Source: Microthyrium microscopicum | Taxonomy: Eukaryota | Length of the DNA stretch: 64,000 bases | Direction of reading: 5' to 3' | Assembly (NCBI GenBank): GCA_010405405.1 | Contig: MU004234.1 | Location: forward strand, 664,993 to 728,992 | Shown here: one piece after another, positions 47,147 to 61,030 of the stretch | How positions within the stretch are numbered: position 1 is the stretch's first letter | How the letters are laid out: every line of letters starts with the position of its first letter | Notes under the pieces: generated by a model | The model's database searches: none | Seen by the model: the letters and a program-made list of their open reading frames with translations, nothing else | What the model was told of the DNA's origin: nothing | Program-made: the position numbers and the translations under genes

Positions 47147-48674
47147 ATGCTTGACGTTCAAGACTTCATCAAAGAGCGAGGCGGTGATCCAGAGAAAATT
47201 CGCGACTCCCAGAAAAAGCGGAATGCACCTGTGGAACTAGTCGACGAAGTCATTGCTCTTTTTGAAGAGCACAGAAAAACACAATATGAGGCGACGCAGC
47301 ATAACACCAAAATCAACGAAGTTCAAAAAGCAATCGGCCAGAAGAAAAAGGCCAAAGAGAACGCTGACGATCTGCTGAAAGAGAAGGATGAGTGGACAGC
47401 TAAGAAAAAGGCTGCAGAAGAGGCTGCTGGACTAAAGCTCAAGGAGCTCAATGCAAAGGCAAAGAGCGTCGGAAACTATGTCCATTCTACAGTTCCTGTC
47501 AGCTTGACTGAAGATGATAATGCGCTTATTCGTGACTGGGCGCCGGAAGGTACGGCGGTGGAGAAGAAGGATTGTCTTTCACATCATGAAGTTCTCTATC
47601 GGTTAGGCGGGTATGACCCTGAACGTGGTGTCAAGGTCGTCGGGCATCGTGGATACTGTCTCACTGGCATGGGTCTATTCCTCAACCTCGCACTCGTCAA
47701 CTATGGCCTGCACTTTCTCCACGCTAAAGGATATCAGCCTAATGCCCCACCCTTTATGATGCTTCGCGATCAAATGGCCAAAACCGCTCAATTAGAACAG
47801 TTCGACGAGGAATTGTACAAGGTAGTCGAGGATCCCAAAGATCCAGCTTCTGACAAGTACCTTATTGCGACTTCTGAGCAACCTCTTTCTGCACTCCATG
47901 CCGATGAGTGGATCCACCCGACCGAGTTGCCTATCAAATATGCTGGTTTCAGCACATGTTTCCGAAAAGAAGCAGGTTCTCATGGCAAAGATGCATGGGG
48001 AATCTTCAGAGTTCATCAGTTTGAAAAGGTATTCAGATCACACCTCATGTCCCTCCACACCAGCTCTAATATTTGCTAGATTGAACAATTCATTTTCACA
48101 ACTCCAGAGAAATCATGGGAAATGTTTGACTCCATGATAGACACCAGCGAAGAGTTCTACAAGTCTCTCAAGCTTCCATATCGGGTAGTTGCCATTGTTT
48201 CCAGCGCCCTGAACAATGCGGCTGCTAAGAAGTAACTTGATATCTCTCACATGTTGCATGTAGATTGAACTGACAATAGATAGGTACGATCTGGAAGCTT
48301 GGTTCCCATTCCAAGGTGAATACAAAGAGTTAGTCTCTTGCTCAAACTGCACAGATTACCAAACTCGTGAACTCGAGATTCGGTTTGGTCAGAAAAAGCA
48401 GACTAGCACACGAAAGGAATATGTACATGCTCTCAATTCAACCCTATGTGCTACCGAGCGAGCTTTATGTTGCGTTCTCGAGAACTACCAGACACCAGAT
48501 GGTATTGTGGTTCCGGAAGTGCTGAGAAAATACATCCCTGGCGAGCCTGAATTCCTACCATGGCAGCGCGAGCTACCCAAGGATTCTACAAGCACCAAGA
48601 AAAAGGCTGCAGAGAAGAAGACCGCTCCGCTGGAGAAGAAAGTTGAAGATCTCAAGGTTTCTGACTCCAAGTAA
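47147..48674 (+). CDS. SES1: Cytosolic seryl-tRNA synthetase, 2 introns
   Basis: MLD start, [17 protein letters not shown]...[10 protein letters not shown] and [12 protein letters not shown] class II motifs. Confidence 0.97.
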
Positions 48675-49091
48675 GGTTTTCTACGATGCATGATTATTGA
48701 TGATTGGGACGGAATGCATAGGGAATGAAGATAAGCATATCATAGACTCGAATTGAAGTCATACAAAATACATGATCGTGTATCAGTCGACATGATTACA
48801 GCAAAAGCTCGCGGTAATTAGTATCAAGCCTGTGGATAGGATTGTCAGCGTTTTATCGAAGTAATTGCGGTGAGTCAATGACTGGCCGAGAAGACAACGG
48901 CTCGTTCAGTGATTCGTTAGGCGTGAGATCACTTTCATTCTTCTCTCACAGACATCAGAACATGTCCAAGTAATCAAACCGCTTGTAACTAAGGTCTATC
49001 ATTCAATTTCGATTAACTTGAAAAACATTAACAAGAAAACCAAACGCTAACCATCCTATAGGGATATCAAATTAAAGAAACCCAACCATCA

Positions 49092-50457
49092 CTATAGCCT
49101 CGCGTTAACCCACTCCTCAATCACAGTCGCCGCCGGCGTCTTCCCCTTGATATTCAGCGTATAATTCATAATCTGCTCCTCATGACTCGCCCTCGGCGTC
49201 TCCACATAAAACACCCTCTCCCTCCCAATCCTCCGTCTAAACACACCCCCATTCATATCCTTATTCGTCGTCGCACCTGCGTAAATATACGCCACATCCG
49301 CACTCGCAAACCCCTCCGCAATCGCATTCGCAAATATCCTAATACTATCAATCAAAATCTCGCCCCCACCGCCCCAAATCATGACTTCATCCACAACACG
49401 CTCCGCGACGGATTTCCACCATTCTGGTGGCGCGCGGATGGGTTCTGCGTACTCGTCGATGTTGCCCGGCCCAATAAAAGTGCTGGAGGCACGGTTGAGA
49501 GCGGCGATGGTGAGATAGTCTGATTCGGCGTTGTCTTTGAAGGCGGGAGATTTGGTTTCGAAGGATATCCAGGGTGAGATTAGGAGGGCGCCTTTTAGGT
49601 TGGATGTTAGTTGGATTCTGTCGACGAGGGGGTGTGGGTGGGCGAGGTGGAGGAGGAGGGCGGAGACGAGGTTGGCGCCGGCTGAATCGCCGCCTAGAAG
49701 GATCTTGGAGATGTTAGCAAGAACTACTGTGTGGAAAGGTGTTGTGCTGACTTTTGCGGGATCTCGTTGCTCCTTGTCGAGGAGGTATTTTAGAACGGTT
49801 ACGGCTTGTTGTAGTTGGTAGGGGTAGTTTTTGTAGGGCGCGAGGGTGTATGTGACGGAGAAGATTGAGAAGTCGTTTCCAACGTCTCTTGTGGCTTTCT
49901 GTAACGAGAATTGGTATTTCAGATGGCCGGAGGTAGCATGACCGATGTATCCTCCGCCTAAAAGCTGTTAGACCTTGTTTAAAAACGCAGTGATGGTGTG
50001 GCACTAACCATGAAAGAATATCATAACATATTTGGCGTCCGATCTACCGAGCCAATGTCCTTTTGTGCCTCCTCCAAGATCTACTGTGCTTGGTATCCAG
50101 TGTATGGCTTTCGCCTCTTTCTCGTAGGTCCTACATTCATCAGACAACGTCCGAAACTGGAATGTTGTCAAATACCTTTGCGTTGAAGCCGTCAGACTTT
50201 GTGATTCCCTAGCGCTCAGCCTGGACAAGATCTCTCGAACAGTAGCGTATGCGATATCTCGTTTTAAGGTAGGGGCGCCTTTTGTTCCTCTGAACGGAGC
50301 TTTAAACATGCGAATAAACGTTGCAAGTCCTTAATGAGAGTCAGCGACTTCCAGTGACGAACAATTGGCCAATCCGTGTCTACGCACCAATATGAAAGAA
50401 AGACGGTAGCAAGCCCACCATGCTAACCCGCTCTTCTCTCTGTGATTCTTTCTCCAT
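49092..50457 (-). CDS. Alpha/beta hydrolase (HSL-like, abhydrolase_3 / Say1-like esterase), multi-exon
   Basis: FHG|GGY oxyanion motif across an intron, GDSAGANL nucleophile elbow and LLISPW. Confidence 0.87.
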
Positions 50458-51801
50458 GACGAACTGCACCAGTACCAATCCAATGGTCTGGCCTCTTTTC
50501 CCACTGGTCACGACAGTCCGGCAAGAGTTCCGAAGGAAAAGCAAAGGTCAATCGACAAGCTTTATGTGCAAGTGCCTAAATAATGCAAGTCATTTTCCTA
50601 GTAAATTCATCTTGAAAGGCCAATCATTGGGGCAGGTTTCAGCCGCGAACCTAGTCAGTTATTCTGCTTGATATGAAACATCCGAGGCATTGAAGACAAA
50701 ACCAAACGTGTACAGCGTGCAGGGCGCATAGAGATCGTTGCCACGTGCGATCATACTATATAAATCAAGGCAACTTTTGCCTCCTCCATAATTAATAATT
50801 GATATGTGTCTGTTCCACTAAAACACTCTTCGTCGTTGGCCCAAAATATGCGTTGAAGAGTACAGAAGGACCGAATTGGAGATGAGAAGATAGATTGTCG
50901 TTCGGAACGCTTCACTGATCTGCAGACTTTAGTTTAAAGTCACTGATCAACAGCCAGGTCTATTTAAACTTCCGTTATCTTCAATTGGTTAAGAAAAGAC
51001 GTGAAGCTGAATTGAACATGGAAGATGAATCGCTTGGAGCGTATGGTATTTCATTATACCATGAATCGTGACAGGCTCATCTTAGAACGTACGAAAGTAA
51101 CATTACAGTGACATCCTAGTACTCATTCGAGGTACAAAAATGTAGTCGGGCTTTTTTTTCATTGTCCTTGATAAGCAAGGTATACGAAGTTATAGACCTA
51201 AGAACTCCGGATTATGTCGTTTCCGAAACTATCGGGCAAACAATCACTATAACATGTGCCTGCTTTCTTTGATAAGTAAACTGGTGAGATACATTTGCTC
51301 TAAAGATGCGAATATCCCTATTTGGCCTCTGCAACCACTGATGCGATATGCCAACTTAGGCCACTTCTAGGCTTGGAATTGAATAATTACAGAGTATAGT
51401 AGCTATCTACTGTCAGAGCTATATGCCTTGTAGGTACTTATTCAGGCATCGTGTAGCTGCTAATCACTCAAAAATGAATGATGTCCTGACGCTGTATGCT
51501 TCATATTTGAAGTTTCGTTCTACTAAGCTTTAAATATTAAGACTTCAGTATGACTTGATTATCGGTAGAAGGCTCGCGTAAAGTACTTGTACCCCAAAAT
51601 CTTTATTCAGTGTTCTTTAAGACTCTCGTCAATTCCGCGTTCGGAAAATGATCGACATCCGCTCCTAGCCACCCTATGACATCTATGATCTAAGGCATTT
51701 CCTCTTCTGTGACTTCAGTTCAACAATCTTGGAACATATCAAGAATCCGTCTGAATCCGTCTGAAGAACAGCACTGAACTCGATTCCGAAGCCTGGAAAT
51801 C

Positions 51802-52612
51802 ATGCGTATTCGATGCATGACGTATTCTGACGTTGGAGCCGTTGCGGACATTGGGAAGGAAGTGTTTGCCAACGACAAACTCTTTAACTGGCTCTATCCA
51901 TACAAAAATCAATTTCCAAATGATAGTCACCGCTGGCAGATGTTGCGCCTACGCAGACGGCTACTCGAGCGAGGTTCTCATGGGTTTGTTTGCGAGACTG
52001 AGACTGGCGATAATGACTGGGATGAGACTGAAGGACCTGTCATTGTGGGTTATATATTTTTCATAGTGAAAGGTAATGGTGAGGAAACGCAAAAATGGCA
52101 AATAGATTCTTTCATGAATAGTAAGTTGTATTGAGGTTTCTAAAGGTAAAACTTGCCTAGACGACTTGTGCTTATAATTACTCGCAGAGATGGAGAGATA
52201 CTTGCTGGAATGGGAGGCATACTATGAGCAAAGATTCTTACAGCGCGCAATGGATAGAAGAGCTCATGAGATGTACGCCAACACCAAACAAGTCAGGGTC
52301 TATCAAGCTCTTAACGAATATTGGTACATCGGCGTTCTGGGGGTCAATCCCAGGTACCAACGTCGAGGCATTGGAGCGAAACTTGTGAACCAAGGCTTGC
52401 AAATGGCTGAAGACGGAGAACTTCCCGTGGTGCTGGATGCTACTGCCGCAGGAAAAGGACTGTATACAAAGCTTGGTTTCAAGACTGTTCAGGTATCACG
52501 ATTTGGACCAGTATCGGAAGATATCGTTGCAATGCTTTGGGAACCGGAGACATGCAAGGGGCAGTGGCTTGGGGAGGAAAAAGATGGAATTTCAAAGCTC
52601 AAAGTGCCATAA
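51802..52612 (+). CDS. GNAT N-acetyltransferase; intron 52121-52187
   Basis: LGVNPRYQRRGIGAKLV acetyl-CoA motif A and ATAAGKGLYTKLGF motif B. Confidence 0.9.
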
Positions 52613-52907
52613 GCCTGTTATTAGTAGTAAAATATGAACACATACTGTCTGAGGTTGTTATACTTTGTACGATTTAGAGCTAGTCATGGACCTTTTTGGG
52701 CTTATGCGCGACATTGACCATGTGTTCGAGTTCCAAAACAGTAAAATGGTAAGTAACACACGAACGAACAATGAAACAACAGTAGATGCAGAGAAATACT
52801 TGGCTGAACTCGCAAATTACGATATCTTGCTTTTGATTTCTTTGAGATGTCTACGATATTCATCTCTCAAGTTCAATTATTTAGCCGTGTGGCTCACTGC
52901 GTTCAAC

Positions 52908-53846
52908 ATGCAATTGTTCACCTCAGCCTTTTGTTTCTATTCGCTCTTATGCATCATATCGGCTTGCGATATTCCAGTAAACGTACAATCATTCTACAAT
53001 CGTATCAAGAGCGGGAAGTGTGCTGGCGGTAAGGTCCTTAAAGATGGTTTCCACAGCATTGAAGGAGACATGAAAGGTGAACATCTCCGAAACCCACGGC
53101 CATATCTTTCAAGATACTGACATATCAAGACTTTGCATATTGCCAGGACCAGAAATCTGGAGTGATTTATGTTCATGGAAATGGAACGAACTTTGCAAAC
53201 ATGGATGTAGACTGCGATGGTCAACAAAGTCCGCGCCCAGATGATCGATGTGGAGCTTCAAAAGATACGCAATCGGAAACTAGTTTTCGAACACTAGCCC
53301 GGAAATACTCAAAAACGGCAGGCAACAATATCACAGATCTCAACGCAAATTACATCCCGTTCGTCGTGTTTGGCAACACTGGATCTAGGTCGGGATATAC
53401 AACATTTGATCCTAAGAAACATGGTATCCAACCTTTGAGTGTCATGGCCGTTGTCTGTGGAGATAAATTAGTATGTCTTTTCCGTGGTTTTACATTTAAG
53501 AAGCCTAAACAAATTAGATTTATGGTGTTTGGGGTGATTCTAACGGCGATGATGGACCGCCCTTGGTAAGTCATACTCAGGCGATCATTTTGCACCGCTC
53601 TAAATAATTGTCTCTGACGGACTTTAGGTCGGCGAGGCAAGCATAGCACTAGCAACCGCCTGCTATGGGTCGAGCAACATCAATGGCAACCAGGGGCATG
53701 ATGTTAACGATGTGCTGTACATTGCATTTCCAGGAAGCGTGGCGAATACGGTAAATGTTCGAGCTGATTGGGCTGCGAAGAGCTATGATGACTTCGAGCG
53801 CTCAATTGAAAGTCTGGGTAACGAGTTGATCCAGAGGCTTTCATAA
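52908..53846 (+). CDS. Secreted GH75 fungal chitosanase, 3 introns
   Basis: Signal peptide; NMDVDCDG, LNANYIPFVVFGN, PLSVMAVVC, YGVWGDSNG, GEASIALATACY and DVLYIAF. Confidence 0.92.
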
Positions 53847-54035
53847 GCCTCCACTCATGAGGCTGTGACGAAGGAGAGAATTCGGGAGTTCATCTGTCCA
53901 GCTTTTTCTGATTATTAAGTAGTGGCTGTGTTAAACATTAATATTATTAAAGTGTCTCCAAAATGTCCGCTACACGTGGTCTTGGAGATACGACATCATT
54001 GGATCTCTCGTGAAGTAGAGCGCTTATTGACCATC

Positions 54036-55950
54036 TTACGCGAGATGGAACATATGAAGCCTATAGATAGTTAGGAAGCGGAGCCATATTCGCAGCTGCA
54101 ATGGGACACTCACCATTGCATAGGATCTTGTCCCGTCTCTAGCATTTCAGCAATTGTAGTCGCTTGTGGTAATCGCGCCTCTCTGCCTATGATATGAAGA
54201 GACTCCGTTGCGTACCATCTAGTATCAATCGACACCAGCTTCGAACCACCAACAGCCGAGATGGGCCAAATGAAGCCACCTGCAATCGTAGCGCTGAGAC
54301 GTTTCGAAGGATCCTGAAGCGGCGTACGTATAAACTGAGGCACACTTGCCAATATATCCATTGCCATATTCTGCGCGGTTTGCGCAGCTACAGAGCGTAT
54401 AAGAAGCCACGCGTTTCGCTCTGCTTGAGAAGCGTCAGGTTTTACTGCTGTCCCTTCCACAATCACCTCGTTCACAAACAGTCGTATCATCCGAATGGAG
54501 TTCCAGAGCCGGGCGATGAGATGGCTCGAGTATCTGTGAGCAAAGAAGCGGAAAGCCTCATTGGGTGTCTCCTCCGCATCAACAATTTCATAGGTCCATG
54601 GCGGTTGGAGGGTGTTTGAAAGCTCAAAGCACGCATCTTCCACCTTCATTGCTATGCGAAGTCTTTCTGCGGGATCTGAAGCTTCTTTGTCTCGAAGCAT
54701 GATCTGCAGTTCAATGAAATCGTCCACAATGGGCCAGGTACGTAGAATTGGAGAGGAGTAGTCCATGTACGGCATCTGTAAGTTGTTAGTTCGTGCGTAT
54801 TATTGCTTTCAATGATGCGGCACCCACAGCCATAATGTCCAATTCGATAAAGTCGAGAGGAAGTGGCCTGATCGCATGTCAGTACATAAACATTCGAATC
54901 GGTTTTTATCTGCTCAGCTATGCGTTCTGCTGGGGTAGCTCCTGGACAAATCCCTGCAACGAAGTCCAAGACAACATGAAGAAGTCGTTACACGCACTCC
55001 TGGACACATTGCGAGACTTATCGTGCGCACAGTTTGTTCTAACTTACTTTGCTCGTTGCGCACAAGTGACGCGAATGTTATTGCTTCACTTTGCATGAGT
55101 AATCGTCCAATCACAGTTCGGTATAAAGACGCCTACCTTACGTGAATATATAGCTTCCTACCAAGAGCTGTTTCAAATTGCCGCGGTCCGCGCATTTTAA
55201 GAAGGGCGAGCGCTCCAAAGATATGTGTATTCCATCCATCGCTGGATATGCAGCTATCCTGAGCAACAGTCTCAAACAAGCTCAAGATGAGCACAGAGAT
55301 CAACGTGCTGTCCAGAGTGGCATCATTGGACTGAAGAGCACTAGTGGTTTGCTCAAGTGCCTGCGCATAAAAGGTACGAGCCCTTTTGAGGATTTCGGGT
55401 TCTTTTCGCTCTCGTGACAAATTTGCCATTGCCGCTGCAGATGTCGAGGCTAGAAATGGCGTTGTAGCAGGCACTTTGGTGTAGATTTCCGCGAGATAGT
55501 CGAAATGGCTACCCGGAGCATATGCGGTGAGGAAATGGCATACAGCAGCGTCCTGTACTGGCTGGTCTAGGGATGGTGGAACCCAAATCATGGTACTTTG
55601 GCGAGACTGTTTGATCAGCTCTGGAGATCGCGATTTGGCTGTCTTTTGATTCAATTTCCTTTGTGTTTTCTCGAATTTCTGGACAACCTTCTCTAGAATT
55701 GGGTTAAAGATTTATTACTGCAGTAAATCAAGGAGCTTACTGGTTTCATTTCGAAAAGACAGATCCAGTTGATTTCGGTAGCCTGTACATTCTATAGACT
55801 TGTTTATGCATTGAGTGCAGCTTGGTATCTTCCTGTCACACTAGAAATCGTTAGCTTTCCCACGATGAAAGTTTGGTTCGAAGTAGTTACCTTGATGCGA
55901 CGAGTTCGACATCCTTCACAAGCATCCGATGGTTTTCCACAAAACACCAT
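54036..55950 (-). CDS. Zn(II)2Cys6 fungal transcription factor (multi-exon)
   Basis: MVFCGKPSDACEGCRTRRIK|CDRKIPSCTQC...CTGYR binuclear cluster; WNTHIFGALALLKMRG middle-homology region. Confidence 0.92.
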
Positions 55951-57927
55951 TCTACTCAAGGGAAAATAGGCTTTACAAGAAACTTAAGATGTAAGATGTG
56001 AATCGTAAAGCCGCTATTGAACAATTGGTAGCACCTAACAGTGTCTAGCATCTATGTTCCTAACGAGGTTCCAGCTCTGGTTTTGCTTATAGTATCGACC
56101 CTGCAGAAATGGAAGTGGGAAGTGTGTAGCGACCAAGATTCTGGTAAAGTTCCTCCAATATATTAGTATGTAAATCTCGCAGTACTTAAACATGAGTAGG
56201 CTAAAGTTTTATCATTTTTGAGGTCGTTGGAAACCAGGATTCATCGCTCGGCTGCACCTTGACGCATATTCAACCGCTTTTCCGGATTGACGTAGTGGGC
56301 GGCACCTTCCAACGCTCCCAATCAGGGACCAATCGCACATCGCGAGATGAGAAACCGTCCATTTTAGAATGCTGGTCCAACGGTCCAACCAGAATAGTCG
56401 AAGGCGTAGAGCTAAGCATACTAAGCTTTTCCAGCGTGCAGCGTCCAGAGGAGTGCCAGGAATAGATTCCATAAGGCTAGCGAACAACCAGTGGGTTGGG
56501 AGCTAGCGCGGGTTCGAGAATAGCGACCGCGGCAGAACGAACAGTCGCGATGATACTTGGCAGTGTCACGATAGAATAGCCATTGGAGTGCAAGGCATAA
56601 CCTTCGATAGGGTGGTACGATGAGATTTGGTGGAAAGCCTGAGACAGTCCGCTCTGCTCGTGCAAGGAAGAACTCGAGTCCAATCGTGAAAGGTAACTAT
56701 CGCGCGAGAATATGCAAAGCAAGTGCTGTTCTTTGCTGGGAGGAGAACTGCAACCGCATCTAAATGCTACGTGAGCTGGTTTGTTTCCGAGTCTACCAAG
56801 GTTGTATCTCAAGCAGGTGCACAGCCATCCCAAAGATTGATTATTAGCGTAACTGGCCATTCAGACTAGCAACTGGATGCATAATGGCTAGCACAAGAAG
56901 GATTGAGACCACAACTCGAATCAAAAAATGGTTTACATTTCAGAATCTGCGAAGGTTGAGGTAGTTTGACAACGCCAACGCCAGGACTCGCGACTCTTAT
57001 TTCATCTGGCTTTTTCACTGTTGTCATCATCTTTTCGGTACTCATGACATAACGCATACCTAAATGAGCAGATAGATACGATTTGGGCGAGCATCTCGCG
57101 AATCATGCAGATGTGAGGTTGATGCGGCGTCGTTGACGCAAGTTGACCTCAAGTCAAAAGGGAGACGAATTGCATTCCCAAAGAAGCTAGCGTAAATTCC
57201 ACGTTCTGCAGATAACGTGCAGTTAAGCGAAACGCCCAGGCCCGATAGAGTTAGTACTAAGACACTAGTTTGCAGCTAAGCTTTGTGTTCAGGGTCCTTC
57301 CCGCCGATCACCACCAACTTTTGAAGTTTCTTCCGTTTTCCCCAACTACTACTTACTGTCCAGTCTCGAGCGAGTGCTGACAACGAAGGTCCAAACCTAT
57401 GGACTGCTAGAGGAGGAAATTCTGACCCACGTAGATCAGTTTGAGTGAGGCAGGAATAATGCTGAATGGTTTATCGGCTGTACCTGGAATGGGCCTTCCG
57501 AAGATCTTTATCTGGTTGAACTCAGCTTAGAGACTGGGACAGCTTAGAGTTGCCAAACTCGTAGGTAGGGCTATCTGTCTGAGCATTTTGGGAAATGAAT
57601 TCGTCTCCCCAGCCTCAATTTCTGGCTTTCAGTTCTAACCATAGTCACGATCTTCCATTGAGTTCAAGGACTCGACAAAGATGGTTAGCATTTCGTCTTC
57701 AGCCTCAACCTAGAGACTCACGTTTTGATCTTCAATCTCAAAATGGAAACCATGGAGTCTTCTATTCTGCGGAGAATCGACTTGTATATAAGACAACATC
57801 ATGGTGAAAGCAATTGCTATTATTCTCATTTCTCATCAGTTCAACAGTCAAACCCATCAATAACAACATCTATACCTAATCAAATCCCATCCACACCAAG
57901 TTACATATTCTCCAGCAAGACTCCAAT

Positions 57928-58975
57928 ATGAAGTTCGACGCAGCTGGTTGGGTTTCAGTCGTGGAACTCGTCGTGTTCATTCCATCTCTAGTAAGTACAG
58001 CACCCAATGAATTTTCACGCGAGAATCTAACTCATTCAGATCACTGCCATAATTATCTGCAGTAGACATGGCTTCACCCGTGCTTCTGGTTGGCTCTATA
58101 CCTTGATTCTCTGCCTTGTTCGAATCATTGGCGCAGTTTGTCAACTCATGACATATCACGATTCATCCACCGGTTTGATCAAAGCTATGATCATAATCGA
58201 CTCCATCGGACTTTCACCACTTCTATTCGCAACCCTGGGCATGCTTTCTCGACTCGTTGATTGGATCAACTCCAAAGGCCAAGGTTTTCTTGGCATGAAG
58301 CACTTTCGTCTATTACAACTACTTATATCTCTTGGCCTCATTCTCAGCATTGCTGGTGGCTCAGGCTCAACCAACCCTGACGGAACCGTTAGCATTGCCA
58401 CGACCTCCAAGGTTGGAATTGTTCTCTACATCTTGGCTTTCGTTGGTATTTGCTTTGTCCTAGCCATTTGCATGTCCAACATTGGCTCAATTCCAAGCGG
58501 CGAGAAGCGCATTGCCTTTGGCGTCATCATTGCCTTGCCATTTATTCTGGTCAGACTCGCCTACAGCGCATTGGTCGTCTTTGTCCACAACCATACATTC
58601 AGCGTCATTGATGGGTCTGTAGCAGTCCATGTCGCCATGGCAGTCGTGGAAGAGTTCGCTGTAGTCTTCATTTATCTACTCTTGGGCTTCCTGGTAGAAC
58701 GGCTTGGTGCCAACGCCGGACCTCTGGCTACTCGACAATGGAAGGACAAGAGCAACAAGCGCGGCTCCAGAAGCCGCTCGAGCCACTCCCGTCCTCGCCA
58801 TGAACGACGTCGCTCACGAGGAAGTAGCGCCAATCGTGCTGCTGTGCATACTCCAGTATATGCTCCAGTACCTGTTCATTACGCTGGAGCCCAGGAGCAG
58901 CAAGGCTATCAACAACAGAATTTGAGGGAATATCAGCAGCAGACCGCCTATGATCCAGGGTTTGATCGTGTATGA
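57928..58975 (+). CDS. Multi-TM fungal membrane protein (RTA1-like) with a basic, Q-rich tail, one intron
   Basis: MKFDAAGWVSVVELVVFIPSL|ITAIIICSRHGF...LCLVRIIG, IGLSPLL and ALPFILVRLAY; TATATAAG upstream at ~57785. Confidence 0.85.
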
Positions 58976-59835
58976 TTTGGAACCTTGCTAGAACACGAAC
59001 GCTGTACGGTCATGACGGACAAGATTTTGTATACAAGCTGGAGTTTATGGTTGGCTTTGTAATTAGTGCTGAACAATTGTACATAATAGATTTAGACTCG
59101 GCAAATGATCCAAAGGCTCTCAGTTTCGATTAATGTATCCTACTTAAACTCTCCGATCTCGAGGCTTGTTCTTTATGACTCAAGTTTGGGCCCTTCAATC
59201 AGGCGTTGTCCCACGTAAACCCGACAAGACCCATCAGGCCTACAAAACTTCTGCTATGGCTTCATTTCATAACTCGAATTGCACCACTGTCGTCTTACAC
59301 TCAATCAGATTCTTGCATTATGATATTGCCTTCTAGCAAGTTCTTGAAAAAAGAGAGACGTCCCAAAACAGAAGTAGCCACCCACCACTTGATGTATGCC
59401 ATCTAGTCCTGCCGTTCAAGGCAACCGAAAACAGAACACCCGCACCGCTTTGAGTTTTTGAATTTTGAGGCCGCTGAAAGCTACAATCTGGAGGATTGGC
59501 ATTGCCTTGTTAGGTAACTAGCAGCCTAACACGCTCGTTAATGCTCACTTGGTTCCTCACGGCTGATGCCTATCATGCATTTAAAACATTCCAACCCACT
59601 TTGCTTCATCCTTTTCATCTTCTGCCTACTACATTCTCTTCTCTCATTACCTTCTCTCACTGCCTTCTCACATTCCCTTGTTCTATCATCCTCTGCCTCA
59701 ATATTTGCAGTCACTTGCGCACTCAACATTTGCGGTCATTTGCGCACTCAATAGTCTCGGTGATTTCTGAACGAACTACCCGCATCTCGAGCCCGCTGGC
59801 CAAAATCCAGTCCCTTTACTATCACTCTCATCATC

Positions 59836-60693
59836 ATGGTCAGCCAATACACCGCTGAAGGTGCTGTTGCCTATAAGAAGTACAATTCTAAACTTCGAAA
59901 CGCTATTGCTATAAATAAGGGCAAAGGCTACAAAAAATGCCACATTGCTCAGTTCCCAAACTTGGAAAAGTTCTCAACCAATTCCTACGGTAGCATTGAA
60001 CGAGCACCAGGAGAGCGCATCTGTAGACACCTGCTCCCCCACTCTAATGAGCTATGTCTCCAGGTCTTTAGCAAGGCCTCCGACCTTGACAGACATCTGC
60101 GCGACCAGTGTGATGTCAATGGAGATGGAGCATCAATCTCCAAGAACTCGCTGCCACAAAGCTTCGATGCTGAATACCTACCACAAATCGCCGCCTTCTA
60201 CGAGCGACTCGTAGAGTGTCTTCAGGCAAAGACCAACGTCCCAGCCATGCTTCCAGTGCCCATGAAGACTGGCATTGCTGCGAGTCCCAATCCCACCCCA
60301 ACTACAGCTTCGACTACAACCACCGTTTCCACTGTTAACCTGGGCCCAAGCATCAACCCAGTCCTCAACGTCAATCCAGTAGCAAATGTCAACTCGATCC
60401 CCACTGTCCCGAATCCTACCATGAGCCCAGTCTCCATGCTCAGCCCGGCTTCAACAAGCTCCCCAATACGACGTTCTGCGGCACACAATCGGACTCGAGG
60501 ACGAGCCACCGTGCTTAATGCTTCGCGCCGTCAGTCTCTAGCCAATCGCTTAGGCGAGGCTAATAAAGATTACGGCGTGAGTGGAAGTGAATTTGCTGAC
60601 GATGAAGCGGACACTGATGATACCATTATGCCATTTCATCATAAGCATACCCGCTCAAAGGGTGCAGGCTGGCGAGATTTGGCTTCGCTCTGA
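59836..60693 (+). CDS. Hypothetical protein with a possible atypical zinc finger
   Basis: 285-aa ATG ORF containing CRH...ELCLQVFSKASDLDRHLRDQC and a low-complexity C-terminus. Confidence 0.6.
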   Translation: MVSQYTAEGAVAYKKYNSKLRNAIAINKGKGYKKCHIAQFPNLEKFSTNSYGSIERAPGERICRHLLPHSNELCLQVFSKASDLDRHLRDQCDVNGDGASISKNSLPQSFDAEYLPQIAAFYERLVECLQAKTNVPAMLPVPMKTGIAASPNPTPTTASTTTTVSTVNLGPSINPVLNVNPVANVNSIPTVPNPTMSPVSMLSPASTSSPIRRSAAHNRTRGRATVLNASRRQSLANRLGEANKDYGVSGSEFADDEADTDDTIMPFHHKHTRSKGAGWRDLASL

Positions 60694-60770
60694 GCTGATA
60701 AGCCACTGAGCGTCGTGCCAGAAGACGCATAAGGTAATTGCCTTAGGCTGTTAGCTTCCTTACTACGCCT

Positions 60771-60830
60771 GTCCAGAATCGTCCAGAATCGTCCAGAATC
60801 GTCCAGAAATGTCCAGAAATTTCCAGAGGA
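60771..60830. repeat. 10-nt tandem repeat GTCCAGAATC/GTCCAGAAAT x5-6
   Basis: Three exact GTCCAGAATC, two GTCCAGAAAT and one degenerate copy; read directly. Confidence 0.95.
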
Positions 60831-61030
60831 ATATCTAGTCCTTTCTAGCATTTTTCTTATTACTTAATTTTAGGAAGAAGGTAAGTTCTCTGTTACTTTA
60901 TAGGGTACTTAATACCTATTTTCTAGGAGTGGGAAGAAGCGAATCGCTTTTTTCTTATTAACCTAAAGACAAATTACTAACTTTAACTTTTAGAAAGGGG
61001 CTTTTGCCTTAGAGAAATAACCCAAAAAAG
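60831..61030. mobile_element. Short AT-rich, RIP-like relic, probably a repeat or transposon remnant
   Basis: Manual count of about 25 TpA versus about 6 CpA+TpG in 200 nt; abrupt compositional change next to tandem repeats. Confidence 0.5.
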
